Positions 63,221 through 64,000 of a stretch of DNA of 64,000 nucleotides are shown piece by piece (the stretch's first letter is position 1; each line of letters opens with the position of its first letter). The stretch comes from Vitrella brassicaformis CCMP3155 (Eukaryota; Protista; Chromerida). The notes under the pieces were generated by a model that did not search any database, had not been told where the DNA came from, and saw only the letters and a list, made by a program, of their open reading frames with translations. Location: contig CDMY01000275.1 in NCBI GenBank assembly GCA_001179505.1, forward strand, positions 310,001 to 374,000, in the 5' to 3' direction. Both the position numbers and the translations under genes were made by a program.

Positions 63221-64000
63221 ATGGCCGTCGCAAGGCTCTTGTCGCTGGTTTGTGTGGCTGCCGTGCTGTGCCCACCCTCGGTGGTGAGCCAGACATGCAA
63301 GGAAGGCGACAAGTGCAGCGAGGGCGGGGGCGGGAAGCTGCTGATCAAGGGCGGCATCGTGGTCAACGAGGACGTCGAGATGATCTCTGACATCCTCATC
63401 GACAATGGACACATCCAGGTGGGTACATGCGGACAGATCAGCACTGGTGCCTTTGCCTTGCCTTGGCTGCCTTGCAATGTGTCAACCAACGGCGCAACGC
63501 AGCAGCATGCATGGCGCCATGCACACATGTGTGGTGTGCGGGATGGCGTGTGCAGCTGATAGCGACTGAGATCGCCGCTGACAGCGAGACACGAGTGGTG
63601 GACGCCAGGGGCAAGTACGTCATGCCGGGAGGTGAGTGACTGAGTGAATGAGTGAGACGATTGACAACACCACACCGCAGACAGACAGAGGAGATGCGCT
63701 TATGCATGGTGGCATGCATGGGTCTGTGTGTGCGTGTGGTGTCCACGTGTTGGCTTGGCAGGCATCGACCCTCACACCCACCTGGAGATGCCCTTCATGG
63801 GGGAGGTGGCATGCGACACATTCGCCACTGGACACCAGGTGAGTGAGTGAGCATGTGGGCGACAAACACACGCCACACAGGGAGGGGACGACACAAACCA
63901 TGCTCCCCGTTCATTCGGTGTCATCTATCTGATCTGCCAGGCTGCGCTTGCCGGCGGGACGACGATGCACATCGATTTCGCCCTGCCTGTTGACGGGTCG
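63221..64000 (+). CDS. DPYS: Dihydropyrimidinase (amidohydrolase) with N-terminal signal peptide; runs off the right edge
   Basis: Spliced LLIKGGIVVN...[26 protein letters not shown]...GHQAALAGGTTMHIDF with metal-binding HxH. Hydrophobic N-terminus MAVARLLSLVCVAAVLCPPSVVS. Confidence 0.9.

Noticed and set aside
1-64000. Hundreds of 60-300 aa ORFs rich in HTHT, VCVC, DRQT or MDGW
   Set aside because: These are translations of intronic microsatellites or antisense/alternative frames of GC-rich exons; they are explained by the spliced models.
1-64000. CRISPR arrays, tRNA/rRNA, transposase or reverse transcriptase, dinoflagellate-type spliced leader
   Set aside because: No repeat-spacer periodicity, cloverleaf, or catalytic motifs were seen by eye. 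A tRNAscan/Infernal/RepeatMasker run would be needed to exclude degenerate cases.

Overview
This is eukaryotic, GC-rich, intron-dense nuclear DNA with GT-AG introns of about 60-350 nt full of simple repeats. The style, plus a nucleus-encoded plastid-targeted protein and a ciliary gene, suggests a chromerid alga such as Vitrella brassicaformis (inference, not database-checked). Most ORFs in the supplied track are exon fragments or microsatellite artefacts. By hand-splicing I find 13 protein-coding genes: a large USP-domain protein (-, partial), TMX2-like (+), DPAGT1/ALG7 (+), midasin MDN1 (-, 24.6 kb), plastid-targeted rps10 (+), a WW-domain protein (+), an SLC52-type riboflavin transporter (-), an acylation-motif PH-domain protein (+), a SAM-carrier-like SLC25 protein (-), a degenerate Pumilio-repeat protein (-), CEP104 (+), NOM1/Sgd1 (-) and a signal-peptide dihydropyrimidinase (+, partial). 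There is a 300-N gap. I saw no tRNA, rRNA, CRISPR array or transposase. Two non-coding signals stand out. (1) A motif GCGNGCTTAG that I do not recognise recurs in the very short upstream spacers, four of them shared head-to-head promoters. (2) Most introns are AC-rich at the 5' end and GT-rich at the 3' end, so their two ends are complementary, which suggests structure-assisted splicing. Gene models were spliced by eye, so exon boundaries and some termini are provisional.
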